Assembly: GCF_004010195.1 (NCBI RefSeq)
Contig: NC_057711.1
Span: 75,940,208-76,004,207, forward strand
DNA: 64,000 nt
DNA from: Chiloscyllium plagiosum
Lineage: Eukaryota
Direction of reading: 5' to 3'
The position numbers and the translations under genes are program-made. This document shows, piece after piece, positions 12,170 through 26,459 of this stretch; position 1 is the first letter of the stretch; every line of letters starts with the position of its first letter. The notes beneath the pieces are model-generated. The model saw only the letters and a list, made by a program, of their open reading frames with translations, was not told where the DNA came from and searched no databases.

Positions 12170-13950
12170 CAGAAGATTGGACAATGTCAAACAGCAAATA
12201 ATTACTGAAAGATTAACCAGGGAAAAACAGGAAATGATTCTTCAGATATTTAAAATTAAGTGTTTTTCTGACAGGAAATGCATCTAGGGAATTAGCAATG
12301 GATGATAGAGATGGCAAATAACTTGGTCAATGCAAAATACTGGTCTATCACTAGGGAGGATACCAGTGGCATCCTGGAAATAGATGTAAATGTAAAACTG
12401 AAAGGGAACAAGGAACTTGGAGTTAGTTACCATGTAGGTAGTATGAGTAAATTGTTGAAGCTACAAATTGACAAAACTCTGGGTCCTGATGGATTTTAGC
12501 CTAGGATTCTAAAAGAAATAGCTTGTGGTTATAGTTGGGTTGATTTTAATTTTTCTAAAACTCATTGGATTCAGGAAGATTCCTTTAGATTGGAAAATAT
12601 CAGATGTCAATCTTTTATTCAAAAAAGGAGGGAGACAGAAAATGGGAGAGCACAGGCCAGCTAGCTCAACATTTTCCACAGGGAGAATGTTATACCCACA
12701 TCCCACAAATGAATTTAAGAAAAGTTAGGAGCTATTATGAAAGAGATTACGAATGACAGAGGCATTACAATAGACAGAGCCAACATGACTTTGTCAAAGG
12801 GAAATCGTGTTTAACTAATTTATTGAATTATTTGAAGTTTAAACTTGTGCTTTAGACTAAGGAACCTGTAGATGTATTGTATTTTAGATTTCAAGAAAGC
12901 ATTTCATAACGTGCCACGTTAAAGGTGGTTATGGAAAATTAAAGCTTGTGCTGTAGGGGATAATGTTGACCTAGAAAAAGGCCTTAACTGGAAGCAGAGA
13001 TTAGGCACATGGGTCTCTTTTAGGCTGGTAAGATGCCACAAATGTGCCCCAAGGGTCAGTGCTGAGCCTTGACTCTTTACAATTTATGTAAATAATTTTG
13101 GATAAAAGAGCCGAAGGTATGGTGGCTAAATTTGCTGACGATTCAAGTGAAAAAGTGAAAGGGCAAAGATCTAGCAAGTAGGGTACTGTGGGGGAAAAAT
13201 GTGAAATTGTCCATTTTGGCAGAAAGAATAAGAAAAACCATCTCAATGATGAGAGGTTAGAGCTCTGAGATGCAGAGAGACCTGGGTTTGAGTTCGAGTC
13301 GCAGAAGATTTGTATAGGTGCAGTAAGTAATCTGGAAAGCTAATAGGTTATGCTTTATTGTGAGGGATTGAATGCAAAATTAGGAAGGTTATGCATCAGT
13401 TACACAGGACATTGGTGACACTACACCTGGAGTGTCCAGTACTGTAGTGGTTGCCATATGTCTTCAAGGATGTTAATGCATTCAAGGCAGGTTGGAGAAG
13501 ATTTACTAAACCAATACTTGGAATGAGTGGGTTGCCTTTTGAGGAAAGGCTTGATGGGATCTGTCTGTATCCTCTGGAATTTAGAAATCAGATGACTACT
13601 TTAAACATATAAGATACTGAGGGGACATGACGAAGTGAATATGGAAAAGATGTTTCCTCTTGTGGCACTTTCTATAACTAGGAGCCAGACTATAAAAATA
13701 AGGTGTCAACCATTTAAGACAAGGATGAAGAAACATTATTTTTCTCCAAGTGAATCTTTGAAACTACCTTCCTCAAAAGGCAGTGGATGGAGAATTTTTA
13801 AATAGCTTTAGGCAGAGCTAGGTAGATTCTGATTATCAAGATGTCAATAGATTGAGGGAAATGTGGAAATATAGAAGGGGTTAAAATCAGATCAGCCATG
13901 ATCTTTTAGAAAGGTGGTGAAGAGTTGAGTGATCTGGTTGTATTCTTTGT
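12170..13950 (+). mobile_element. Decayed CR1 LINE ORF2
   Basis: DKTLGPDGF, PLDWKISDVNLLFKKGGRQK, VAKFADD (GCTAAATTTGCTGACGAT ~13125-13142), and a CR1 3' tail. Confidence 0.8.
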
Positions 13951-14059
13951 TCGAATGGGAATTCCTGCCCTAACCAGGGATAGCCAAATGCTGAGAACAC
14001 ACACCAAAAATTTCTGGTCCTCAATGTTGTTTGCTATATTTACGAGCAACATATCTTCA

Positions 14060-15130
14060 AACTTGGGAATTATGCATTATATGACCATGTCCAGATGATT
14101 CATCTATTTCTTAGAGTACAGTGTACTTGGCTTGACACCAACCCTTGAGTATACCAATTTGTTTATCTCCAATCTGAAAATCAACTTTTATCACTGCTTT
14201 CTGCCTCTTTGCCAATTTTGTATCCACACTGACTCTATTGTTTGTTCCACAATTGATTTAATTATGCTAACAAGTCTGTAAAGTGATGCTTTGTCATTTG
14301 AAAGACCAATGCACAACATCAAATGCACTCACGTCATTAGCCTTCTGTTACTATGTCAGTGAACTCCATTCTGTTGCGAATTGCCTTCATTTATTAGCCC
14401 AAGATTTTCTAAGTGATAACTGGATTATTATTTGATATTAGGCTGATTGGCTTGTGGTTACCAAGTATATCCTCTCCCTGTTTTAAAATGGGTGTGTAAT
14501 GTTTGTAGTTCTCTTGTCTCATTGTGCTGTCCCCTAAGGAGAGGCTGCAAAGGCTTCATAATGTGGAATTTACTGCTTTCACAATTGTTGAAAGTAGAGA
14601 TGATCAATGATTTTAGAAAATTTGAGTGGGTGCGAGAGTGGGTGATTACTGACTAGATTGCTCTAAATAGAGTCGATACCGACTTGGGTCAAATGGTAGC
14701 CTGTTAGGCCATGATGATTCTGAATTTTCACCCACTCATGTCCTACAAGGACAAGATAACTTTTCTAATTTGAGGGCTGCTCACTTACCTACTCCAGCTA
14801 TTCCTTCCTTACTGAATATTGCTACTATAAACTGTTAGACTGCCTCATTGAGAATTTCACTAATAAAGAAGATATTTCCATTTAATATGTCAAGCCTGTT
14901 CCCTGCTTCCACAAGGATATCTCCTTTTTGATCCCTGTCTTCCTTTTTTGACTTTTTTTTTGTCTTGTTCATTTATAAAATACATCTGGGTTCCACTTCA
15001 TTTAGCTGCTAAGCTATTCTCAATCTCTTTAGCTTCCTTATTTCCTTTCACTTGGAGCTGTCTTGTACTCTGTACTGTTGAAAACCAAGCTGAATATACA
15101 ATGAACTTCCTTTTTCTATATAACTGCATT
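14060..15130 (-). mobile_element. Highly decayed CR1 fragments (mostly minus; short plus-strand tail ~14560-14720)
   Basis: Residual similarity to the reverse complement of the CR1 RT segments seen elsewhere in the window. Confidence 0.45.
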
Positions 15131-15329
15131 CCTGAATTGCGAAAGCTAAAGTAATTTCTAATTTTGGAGGCTAATTCTTTGTGCTTTAACCACCACTGGA
15201 CGCAGAATTGTCGGCTATGTTGATTTGGGTTTCGTATAGCTGTGAGGGCTATGTCTGGGCTGGAGGCCCGGGAGAAAAAATCCTGAATAAATGTGGGTAA
15301 GCCAACTGATGTTCCCAGCGATGGGAGCT

Positions 15330-18300
15330 TTGGTGGGATTGTGCTGAGTGCTGCACCATACTTTACGGAAGTCTAGAGGGATATGTTCCATAACTAACCT
15401 ACACCATCCCACAGTACCTGTGGACCAAAATACTCTCCTCTACACATCAGACGTACAGATTAACAAATGTCTTTTTCTGTATAAAGTCCCTGATCTGAAA
15501 AAAGCAAGAGGTCCCTACTAGACAATTCATATTTCTGGTTCAACATATCAAAAGACATTCTGACCTTCCCCTCAAATAGGTCTCCAAAACATGACTCCTC
15601 TAGCCTCCCAGAGCCTAAAGCCGGAATCCTGGCATTCCTACTATGCGAGTGAAAAGGCATGTTTTATATAAATTGCCCTCGCTTTGTTGCATCATTCTCC
15701 ATGCTTTTAACCACGTTAAGGGCAATCTGGTGCAATGCTCCATGACAGTCCTCATCCTGTCCATAAACAACCAATTAATAAGGGGGCATTTTGCCTGGGA
15801 GGCCTCCATATGTAGCCATATTGACCTCTAATCCTGGCAAGCCCGATCATTCACATGGCATAATAGGGAACTTTTATTAATAGTTTGTGAAATTTGGAAA
15901 GTCAAACCCCTCCCATTCCCTGTGGACGTTGCAGTTTAGCAAGCTTCATAAGAGGTCGCCTACGACACCAGATGAAAGAACCAAGTCAACTGTTAAGCCT
16001 CCATCACACTTGAGAGTAGCATCAGAGGGATCATTTGAATGGGATATAAATAACAAGGAATAACACTGAAGAACAACTAGAGGTATTCTACCCAACCAAG
16101 ACATTGGTAGAGCCTCCCAATGCTCAAGGTCCTGTCTTATATTCTCCAGCAACTGCACAAAATTAGCTTTATATAATTGATTAAAGGCTGGAGTGATAAA
16201 AATGCCTCAATACAGGAAACCTCCCTGTATTTTCAGGTTCCTGAAAGGGAATCCGATTCCACCCTCCAGATCAGGTACTCTGACAAGGTCTCCCACAGAC
16301 ATGGCCTCCGCCTTCACAAAATTGATTTTAGACCCCGAGAAAGAGCCAAATAAGTTAACTTTTATGTTACATGGGGCACAGATTGTTGGCTTAGATAGAG
16401 AAAAACGTTCTCAAAAGGGTGATTTATGCCCCCCTGATCCCACCTCCAGAGCAACTATAATTGGGTCCCTCCAGTTAGCTTCCACCACTAATGTAAACAG
16501 AGGCGGTGAGAGAGGGCACCCTTGTCGGCTACCTCTATCAATACAAAAATTGTCAGACCTTCTGCTATTAGTGATAGCCGCTGTTTTAAGATCTTTATAT
16601 AATATTGCCACCCATCAAGCCAAGGCATTTCTTCCCGCCTCCCCCAAAACACCATCTTGTCAAACACTTTCTCTGCCTCTCGGGAGACTACCAAGCTCAG
16701 AATCCACCCTAGCTGGCATACCTGGACCATGTTCAGTTCTCTTCTAATGTTGTTAAAGGACCTGCAACCCTTAATAAAACCTGTCTGGTTCTCCTTTACA
16801 ATAGGGGGCAATACTTTCTCCAACCTCAGCACTAAAGTTTTCGACAGAATTCTAAAGTCCACATTTAGCAGCAAATTGAGCCTGTACAAAGCAGTCTTCT
16901 GGGGCTTTCCCTCTCTTGGGATTTAGGGTGATATTACCTTCTGAGGATGGAAAGCAGTCGTGCCTGTTCGAATAATTGTACATGTCCAACATTGGCCCAG
17001 CCAACATAATTATAAAATCCACGCTGAAATCTGGGCTGGGCACCTTACCACTTTGAAGCTGCCTCACTACCTTCTGTATCTCCTTGGATTGTCAGAGGGG
17101 CATTCAAAAGGGACACCTGCTCCAGAGTTACACCTGGAAGGTCCAAGTTCCTTTTTCTTAAAAAAAAAAAAAAAAAAAAAAAAATTCCACCTTCACCAAC
17201 CTGTCCTCAGAGCCCTCTGACAGATACAACTCAAAATAGCATTTCCTAAATGCCGCATTAATCTTTTTGGAGTCTAGAGTAAGAGAACCAGTACACACAC
17301 AATTGGATGTGATAGATTGGGGGGGGGTGGGAGACACTACTCTTCTGGGCCAGATATGCCAGCTATCTCTGACTTATCACCACAACAGAAGTTATCTGAG
17401 TATGGAAAGGAGATCTTCCTCTTGGCTCTCTGAGTGCAGAATTCCGAGCACCCTGAGGGCTGTAATCCGCTGCAACTTGGTCACAGACGGCCTATCAAGG
17501 TATGCAGCTACTTTCAATCTAGCCTCAAGCATTCGCTGCTGCTCTCCCCTCTGCTGCTTCCGGGTCGCCAAGTAAGAAATAATCAAACCCCTTGCATAGG
17601 CCTTGGCAGTATCCCAGAGCACTGGGTTACTAGCTGTACCTGAATTAATATCCCAAAAAATTTTAAATTCCCACAAAGTACTCTATAAACTTACTGTCCT
17701 TAGGGGGAAAGGATCCATGCACCATTGCCGCAAGCCTGTCCCACTAACTCCTGGCCTTAGCCTCCAAATACACCGCTGCATGGTCAGAAATGGCTATGTT
17801 ACCAATTCTACAGGACAATACCAAATCAAAAAAAGCCTGTGGGATGAAAAACATTCAAAATCCCATACTCCTCCCCATGTATTAAAGCTGTGAGGATCAC
17901 AAACCGCCCAAAATTGTCCTTAATTTGGTCTTACAGCTGAAATAGAAGATTCTTCTGAATTATTATAGCTACTCCCCTGCTTTTAGAATGAAAAGACTAG
18001 AAAAACACCCAGCCGAATACTCCCTGCTGTAATTTTAAATGCTCCTTGTCGCTTAAATGTGTTTCTTGCAACAGGACAACATCGACCCTTTCTTTTTGAA
18101 GACTTCAAAATATCAGTGAATGACTCCCCTTAACATTCCAGGTACACTATTTAAATGAACAATTAGCCTTAGCTATCCGAAACAGCCCATGACCCCCCCC
18201 CCCCCACCCCCGAGAGGAAGAACACTACTCCTATTGCACTGAGTGGAAACAGTAAAAGATTTATATAAACTATAAAATACAACTACAAAAACTACCAAAG

Positions 18301-19626
18301 CAAAACCTCTAAAAACTACTCCTGCACTGAACCAACACAAAGACAAAAAAAGGAGACTTTCCTCCTTCCACACATGTGGCCCTCACGCTACCCACTAACA
18401 CCTCCATGACTCCTCCTAGCTGAAGCTGCGTCCCAAACCTAGGCAAAACAAAGTAAAGAATGCATTTATCTTATAACAAGAAAGTTGAAATGGGCATTCA
18501 ACCCATCCCACCCCAGTCATTACTGATTTTTTAAAAACCCAAAGCGCAAGAGAGCAGAAAAAGGGGAATAATAGAAAAAAGACAACAGGAGGGGAGAAAG
18601 AGGATAAAGAAAGGACCCCCCACATATTAAAAGAGCAAAACCAGGTAAACAACAGAGAAAATAAAGGAAACGCTATCATCCATATTACTTGAACCAGCCA
18701 GTTTATTTTAATGTCCCCAGGAAGTCTTTTGCCTTTTCTGATGAATCAGAATTATGCACGGGACCCTCCATGGCTGAAATGTAACACTGCCGGATACCTT
18801 AGAGTACTGAATATTCAAGTCTCTCGGGCTCTCCTTTATTTCATCAAAGGCCTTCTTCATGCGTTTCACAGCCACAGAAACATCCTGGAAAAAATTATTT
18901 TTGATTCCTTGTGGATCCTTCCCCAGTGCTCTGGAAGCTGCCAACACCATTTGCTTATCTCTCCAGTCCTGGAGTCGCACTAGCACCTGGCGGGGCCGCT
19001 GGTTTGATCCAGGTCTGCGTACTGCGACCTAGCCAGGCCGCTCTGTTCACACCCAGCCCACCTTGACTTCCAGTCCCAAGAACTGCAGGAGCCATTGCTC
19101 CAGAAAACTGACTAGCTGGCCTCCTTACTCCTGTTTCAGCAGCTCCACTAAGGCCCGTACCTGCCTTCCCAGTGCCTGAACCTAACCCGCAGAGGACTCT
19201 GCCGCGGTCCGCTGCTCCACCTTCTCCATGCGCTGCCCAGGATGCTGGCCCTCCTGCTCATGCTTCTGCAGCATGGTCGAGATGTGTTCCAGCCTGGTCC
19301 GGATCTCGTCCATCATTGACTCTATTTTCTGAGTTCCCTGAACTCAGACCAGAGCCTGCTGCGCAGGTCGGTCCAAAGGAACGTTTGCAAAGATAGATGC
19401 TGCAGCCGCTGACATGTCTGTTGCTGCAGGGGAATGCCCTGCTTGTTGCATTCCTCTTGGTCATCTTTCCTGATCACCAAAACTAATGCACAAAGATTCT
19501 GGGGACCTAAAATTGTTGATCTTTTCCAAAATAATTAATCAAGGAAAGGTAAAAGCATCATCTTGCCTGTGTTACGGTGCAGAGCTCAGCAGGGCAGACC
19601 TATTAGATTGCCACCATCTTGGATCT
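15330..19626 (-). mobile_element. Near full-length, disrupted L1-clade LINE (5' UTR, ORF1, APE-RT ORF2)
   Basis: 5' end CAAGATGGTGGC (~19610-19621). ORF1 starts MTKRNA (19464) and includes MLVRLQDWRDKQMVL...FFQDVSVAVKRMKKAFDEIK. ORF2 APE shows TWNVKGS and LQETHL (~18050-18145). RT shows YRLNLLLNVDFRILSK...QTGFIKG and RGSRQGCPLSPPLF. Later segments read LWDTAKAYARG and WCRLVMEHIPLDF. Confidence 0.9.
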
Positions 19627-20999
19627 TGCAACAAGATTTTAACTTGAGCACTTGCGTAGCTCACATGTGATCAACAATATTGGTTAAACAAGGGTGGAAT
19701 TTCCATTGTTGCCAGAAGAGAACAAATTGGGTTGAAACATTTCATGCTAATGTAGCACCCTTATGGAATTGGCAGGAAGTGCCCTCTGGGCACAATTAGG
19801 AACTGTTAGCTCAGCACCTCTGTGTCATGAGTTAAAACTGAGCACAAAGTGTAAAGATTTGTCTGATCTTGTCAACTAAGGGAACTTTATTTGAATAGTT
19901 ACCTAATTAAAGAATGTGGGCTAGCTAGTTTGTGGGTCTTGCAACAGATTATACCATAATATAGTTTATATGAATCTATAACAATGTTTAAATGCAATTG
20001 CAACATATATGGTTCGGATCTGCTTTCTTTCATTGGCCAGAACTTTATCCATTTTGAATTTTTTTCTTTCTCTATTGTTCAGTTCTAGAAACAATGTTTT
20101 GTGAGAAACTTCATGATTCTGTAAATTCTGAAGTATACCACGTGAATTTTTTTCACTGTTCGATAAGGAACCTGGTTCGTCAACAATTCTTTTCCAAAGC
20201 CACATGACTGGATGACTGGTCTTTCCTTGATTGTTGCCATTTATATAATTATCAGATGTATTCTTAAGAATCAATTTCATTGTTCTGTTGGAATTTGATG
20301 TTCACCGGATTAAAATGTTTTTTCTTGAATAGCTTTTTTATTATTTTGTGATCTTCTTTCCAACATAATGATACCTCCCTGATGGTCTGTACCTCTCCCA
20401 TCACGAGTGGGTGGGTGTAGTCTTGACACACATATATGTTCATTTTGTATCATTTTAAGCCTGTTTGAACCTCTTCACCTAATTTGGCGGTGTTTATGTC
20501 AGTGTGGATTATTTCTATGAATGATATTGCTATAGCTTTCCCTCATGCTGCAAGAATTGTTTACTCCTGGGGTTGGAGGGGTGCACTGATTCCTTTCTAG
20601 CCTTACTCCTTCTCTGGTCACAAGTTTTAAATTTAATCAGGTTAATAATATGGCCAGTTGCACTGTCCTGATTTGTCCTGTGGTTTAGTCTTAAAAACAA
20701 GCCAGCCAGTTTTCTTAAGTCTACAAAGAAAAACTACTTTGTTACAAACAAACTTAGCCAAGCAAACATCCAGATTATTGACAAAAGCATTTCAACGGTC
20801 AGGATGTTAACATCCCAATGTTAACATGAGGCAAATATGGGGTAACAAACCATTGTGGAACACTCCACAAAATACATTAAATAGCAAGTGCGCCAATACA
20901 GACCTTGCTGATTTCCCAGCCTTTTCAGCAGTCAAGCTAAATAGTTTTTTTTTATGCATGGATCTGCTTCCATCTCTCCCTTTCCAACTATCATCGAAA

Positions 21000-21340
21000 A
21001 TAGGAGCAGGAGAAGGCAATTCAACCCTTGGAGCATACTCCACCTACTAATGGCAGATCATTGAACTCGATACCCTGCTCCCAGTTTACCCATATTCATT
21101 TGATCCCTTTAGGTCAAAGAACTATTATCTAATTCTTTCTTGAAAACTTTGTTTTAGTCTCAAATGCTTTCTGTGGCAGAGAACTCCACAGTTCAAACCT
21201 CTCTGGGTGAATAAGTTTATCTTCATTCTAGTTCTAAATGGCCTACCCTGTATCTTTAGACTATGACCCCTAGTACTGGATTCCCTCGTCTTCAGGAACA
21301 TCTTTCCTGCCTTTACCTTGGCTAATCTTGTTAGAACTGT
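21000..21340 (-). mobile_element. CR1 LINE 3' end
   Basis: ORF 21125-21367 ESSTRGHSLKIQGRPFRTRMKINLFTQR. Confidence 0.8.
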
Positions 21341-23299
21341 GATCCAGGATTGACTTTCAGTAACCAATTAACTTTGCAACAGGCCTAGGACCCATTGCAA
21401 TGTAGAATTGAATGCAACTAATATTTTACAACAGTGAAAAGTTGCAACCAGTTGTGGGAATTGAATGTAACAATTCTTTGTAACTCTGTCCCCTGAATAT
21501 TAGTGTTCAACAAGTGCTGGTTTCGTCTTTACTGGTATTCTTTATGGCTTTCACTCCCTCCCTGATGATCTTGATGTTAATGCAGTAATGGAAGAATTTA
21601 TTACTGTTCGATGTACCTACAACCCATGTTCACTTCTTGTTTGATATCTGTGCATCCTTTCAAAATGTCCTCTTTATTTCAATTGATATATTTTTGAAGT
21701 TTCTACAATTGGTTTTGACGTTTAACCATGTAAGAGGAAAAATGAGCCAATATGTGCTTTATTGAGATTTCTTAATATTGCTCTGTGAATATCTCCATCT
21801 GTTCACAAATTATGCTTTGGTCCCCTTATAGATACAGGAGATACTATGTAAGAAATCTATACAATAGTTTTGTACAATGAAAAAATGAGTTTGAATTCTT
21901 AATTTGAAATTCAGGTCTAGCTACCTAGTGTCAGCTTTTATTAGGGGGGAGAAAACCTAAAAGGTCCCCACCTAGTTATTTCTCTTTTCAATTAATTTGT
22001 GCTTCTGATGCTGTCTGATGTGGAAATGGTTGAAAACAATTTGGCAGATGAATCCTGTACACAGGGAGCTAGTATGGACTTAATCTAGTCTAGTTTTATA
22101 TAATGTATTTTCTAATTTTAATGTTTTACAGATTAAGCTGGTTGCAGAATAATTTTATTATTTATTCCTCTGGGAAATATGTAAGATTATTAGAATTGTC
22201 TCCAAAACAAATTATTTTTGCTGATTTGTACAGCTGGTTCAGCAATAGTTTCATTTCCTTGAGATATTTTGCATGCTTTTAAAATAACTAATTACTTTAT
22301 ATTCACTGTTTGAGCTCTAAACTTGAGGGAAGTTGTGTGAATTCTCATTTCCTGTTCCCAGTCAAGAAATTTAAGAAAATGATGTTATTATCTGCAAAAT
22401 GAGTAGGGAAATGAGTGTAATGTTAACATTTGTTGACTTTAGGAACTAACAATCTGCATCCTTACCTTTCTCTTCAAAGACACCATTTCAAATCTACTTA
22501 ATTAATGTTTTGGTCATCTGAGCGAACATCCATTACGTGGCTTAGTTTCATTGTTTATTTTATAGTGCTTCTGGGAAACACTTTGCTGTGCTCCAATACA
22601 ACAAAAAGCTACATTCATATTTTAATTAGTTTGGAGTCACATAAGGACTCTGTGACTTATCCTTGACATTACTAGCAATTTCACCAAAAAGGACATTTTA
22701 TTTGGAATTGACTGAAGATCTCTGATTTTAAGCCAAAAATAATCACACATTGATGGGAAAGTAATATCTGACGAGTTTGAGAAATTGATTTCCCTGTCAA
22801 TCTTACCAAGTTTTGTATTGATCCAAAAGGGATTGGTTGTTGCAAGATAAAATCTGAGTAATATTAATAGCATGAATTTTGTAGATGGTTGCAAAGTGAT
22901 AACTGTCAATAAAGATCTCTTTAAAGAGAAGCTGCCTACAAGGATCTAACCATCTCCTCTGTGGCATGAATTTCACCTTTTCCACCATCAATTTGAATAT
23001 CATGCCAGGCTTGGGATTTCCAGAATACCACTGACAGTGATGTCATAGAGGAATATTAGTAGCTAAGCATGCTGAATCATTCTGATCACAAATTAGAAAG
23101 TAAAGACTTATTCATCACTTAAAAGTTTTGCACAGTGAGACTGTACATTAAAAGCTGAAATATTGCCTGCTTCAAATATGTACTGTTATTATTTTAACAT
23201 GGAATTTTCATTTGACATTACACAAATATAAAATTAATTTTCAGGACCTGGAGCTTTTGCCTCTTAACTAGGGCACAGATTAAAAGCTATTTACTAATG

Positions 23300-24760
23300 G
23301 AAACTCTGCCTTTCTATCCACCCAATCTATGCTGCTGAAAATCTTGCATCCCTTTACTGGGTCCCTTTTCAACCTTAATTGCTCCGAGAAACAACCCCAG
23401 TCTATTCAATCTTTCCTCATAGCTCAACACCTCCAATGCAGGCACCACCCTGGTAAATCTGCTCTGCACCCTCTCAAATGCAATGGTATCCTTCCTATAC
23501 TGTGTCAACAAGAACTGTATGCAGTACTCCGATTATGGCTTAGCCAGCACTTATATTGTCCCAGCATAATCACCTTGTTCAGTATGTTATGCCTCAGGTA
23601 ATAAAGATAAATATCCCATATGGCACCTAATCTCCTCCTCCTCCCTACTTTTGAGGGATTGGTGGATACCACATGAAGGACAGAGTCATCGAATCATAGA
23701 GGTTTGCAGCATGGAAACGAGCCCTTCAGCCCAACTTGTCCGTACCACTTAGTTTTCACAGTTAAACAAGTCCCATTCATCTATATTTGGTTCAAATCCC
23801 TCCATACCATCCATACATGTACGTGCCCAAATGTTTCTTAAATAACCAAATTGTACTCTCCTCCATCACTATGTCTGGCAGCCCCTTTCAAACACTCGCC
23901 ACCCTCTGGAAAATTACTCCTCTGGACTCTTTTATATCTCTTTCCTCTCACCTTAAACTTATGCCATCTCCTCCCCTACCTTGGGGGAAAAAGCTGTCTG
24001 CTATCTACCTTATTTATGCCTCTGATTTTATTGACATCTATAAGCTCATCTCTCAGGTTCCTATTGTAGGGAGGGAAAAAAAATGTCCCAGTCTATCCAG
24101 CCTCTCCTTAAACTCAAATGCTCCAGTCCAGGTAGCATCCCAGTAAATCTTTTCTGCACTCGTACTCATTGAATATCTTTTTCCATAGTAGGGTGACCAA
24201 AATTGCACATAGTACTCTAAATGTGTTCTTGCCAATACTGAAACAGGACATCCTGACTCCTCTGCTCAATGCTTTGACAGGTCCTTCTGACCTTCAGTAC
24301 TTTAAAGGGTTGTACTAGTCATAATGTAATCCCTTGCCTTGTTAGTGCTCTCCAAGGAAATCACCTCTCAGTCTGCCCACCTGATCAGTCTACTGCTTTT
24401 CCTGCAGTGTATGGCTAGCCTCTTTATCATCCTACCAATTTTCATGCCATTTATGAATTTCATGCTCATGCCTCCTATGTTTGAGTTTGAATTATTTATG
24501 TACACCACAAGCAAGAACCCTAGTACCAAACTCTGCAGGACCCCAGTGGAAGCAGAATTCCAATCTCTGAAATAACTCTCTCCAATCACTCTCTGCTTCC
24601 TAACGGTCAATTTTGGATCAAACGTGGCCCTTTGCCTTGAATCCCGTGTGGTCTTGCTTTCTTGGCCAGTCTATATGAGGGACCTTAATGTTAAATCTCC
24701 ATGTTGACCATATCAATTGCATTACTCATCAACACCTCTGGTTACCTTCTTAAAAATATC
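23300..24760 (-). mobile_element. Two adjacent CR1 fragments
   Basis: FERVQSRFTRVVPALEVLSYEERLNRLGLF; HLEYYVQFWSPY; STGVLQSLVLG. Confidence 0.8.
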
Positions 24761-25059
24761 CCCCTGAGCTTATTCTACTTTGGACTACTTTTTTTTTAAA
24801 ACCAAATTGTGAAATTAAGACCTCTAAACCATGGTCAGTTGAGTGACTGCAAAGTCAAAACACTTGTTCTCGGAGGGTTCTATCACTGCTTGACTGACGC
24901 ATGACAACATCTTAAAATACTTCATCCAGTACCTGACTCTCCTCAGCTCCACTTCATCAGGGAAATTGCCTGTGCAGTTTGCCCCATCACCAACAGCACT
25001 AGCACCAAGTCCAGCAGCAACTACCTTCTCCTAAAGCACTTGTCCCTTGAGTCACAGAA

Positions 25060-26010
25060 AATGGATATGCAGGTTCTGCATATAATCAAGGCAAATAGAA
25101 TTGACACTTACTACAAAAGAACTGGATTATAAGATTGAAAGTGGTGTTGCAATTATATATGGTTTTGGTGGGCCGACACCTGAAATATTGTGTCTGGTTT
25201 TGGTCTCACTTGAGGAAAGATGTGGCACTGGAGGCAGTTCAGAGGTGGTTCAGGAGGCTGATTCCAGGGATGTCATACGAGGAGCATCTCAATGTGATAT
25301 TCTATGAAATAGGCCATTCAGCCTAACAAGTCTGCACCAATTTTCCGAAGATCATCCCACCCAGATCCATCATCCTACCCTATTCCTCCATTTCCCAATG
25401 CATTTAACCTACACACTATGGACAACTTAGCATAGCCAATTCACCTAACTTGATAATCTTTGGACTTTGGGAGGGCATTGGAGCACTTGGTGGAAAACCA
25501 TGCAGACGTGATGTGCAAACTCCACAAAGTCGCCCAAGGTTGGAATCAAACCTGGGTCTCTGGCGCTGTGAGGCAGCAGTGCTAACCACTGAGCCACCAT
25601 GCTGCCTCTAGGTTGAATAGCTTGGGCTAGTAATTGAAGTTCAAAAGAATGTAAGGGGGCATATAAAATGCTAAAGGAATTAATAAAGTAGGTATCGAAG
25701 AGATGATCTCCTTTTGAGACAGTTTGGAACAAGTGGTCATAGTTTTGAACCTACCTCCTCTCACTGAGATGAGACCCTCCTCAGAGGATTGTGAATATGT
25801 GGAATTCACTCCCTCAATGCAGTGGAAACATAATCAATTAATAGCTTCTAAAAATCGATTTTTTTTTTATGAAAATGGGATAAAGGATGATGGGGAGCAG
25901 GCAGGAAAGTGAAGTTGAGACCAGGATAAAATCAGCTGTGATCATGTTAAATGGCAGAGTGGGCTCGAAGAGCTGAATTGCTGCCTCCTGCCCTAATTCC
26001 TATCAACCTA
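25060..26010 (+). mobile_element. CR1 3' fragment with nested minus-strand tRNA SINE (~25300-25605)
   Basis: VLQLYMVLVGRHLKYCVWFWS...LEAVQRWFRRLIPG. The SINE head on the minus strand reads GGCAGCATGGTGGCTCAGTGGTTAGCACTGCTGCCTCACAGCGCCAG. Confidence 0.8.
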
Positions 26011-26219
26011 TGTACTGAGCAGGAGAGATGGATACAGCAGGCAGGTGAAATACCAATACAGGGTCTCAAGGCACAGAAACAGCTCTCCTGACATTACTGA
26101 GAGCTTGTTTATCAGGAGGCTCGGGTTTTTTACATAGGTTGTTATTATTGTGCCGACTCCTATCATAAGACCCCTGTTGATCATTCAGAATGCACACTTA
26201 AAAGGTGCCCATCACTGGA

Positions 26220-26365
26220 AGGATCTGAAGAAGAGTCACTGGACCCAAAATGTTAATTCTGCTTTCTTTCCACAGATGCTGTCAAACTTACTGAGCTTTT
26301 CCATAATTTTTGCTTTTATTTCTAATGTCCAGCATTTGCAGTTCTCTTGGGATTTTTTTTTGTCT
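26220..26365 (+). mobile_element. Short PLE-terminus insert starting at a degenerate hammerhead, with 9-bp TSD
   Basis: ATCACTGGA at 26211-26219 and 26366-26374. The insert begins GGATCTGAAGAAGAGTCACTGGACCCAAAATGTT and continues CAGATGCTG...TCCAGCATTTGCAG as in other PLE termini. Confidence 0.65.
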
Positions 26366-26459
26366 ATCACTGGAGGTTGGTACTTCCAGCCTCCCCAATT
26401 CCCCTGGGGCCCCTGTCACTTGGCAAGTTGTGTGCCATCTTCAAACCAAAACAGATTTG

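Noticed and set aside
17160..17184. 25-nt poly-A run
   Set aside because: Slippage expansion inside L1 ORF2; not a retrocopy tail, with no TSD or associated insert.
20600..20995. LTR-like composition segment
   Set aside because: Could not define termini or a TSD.
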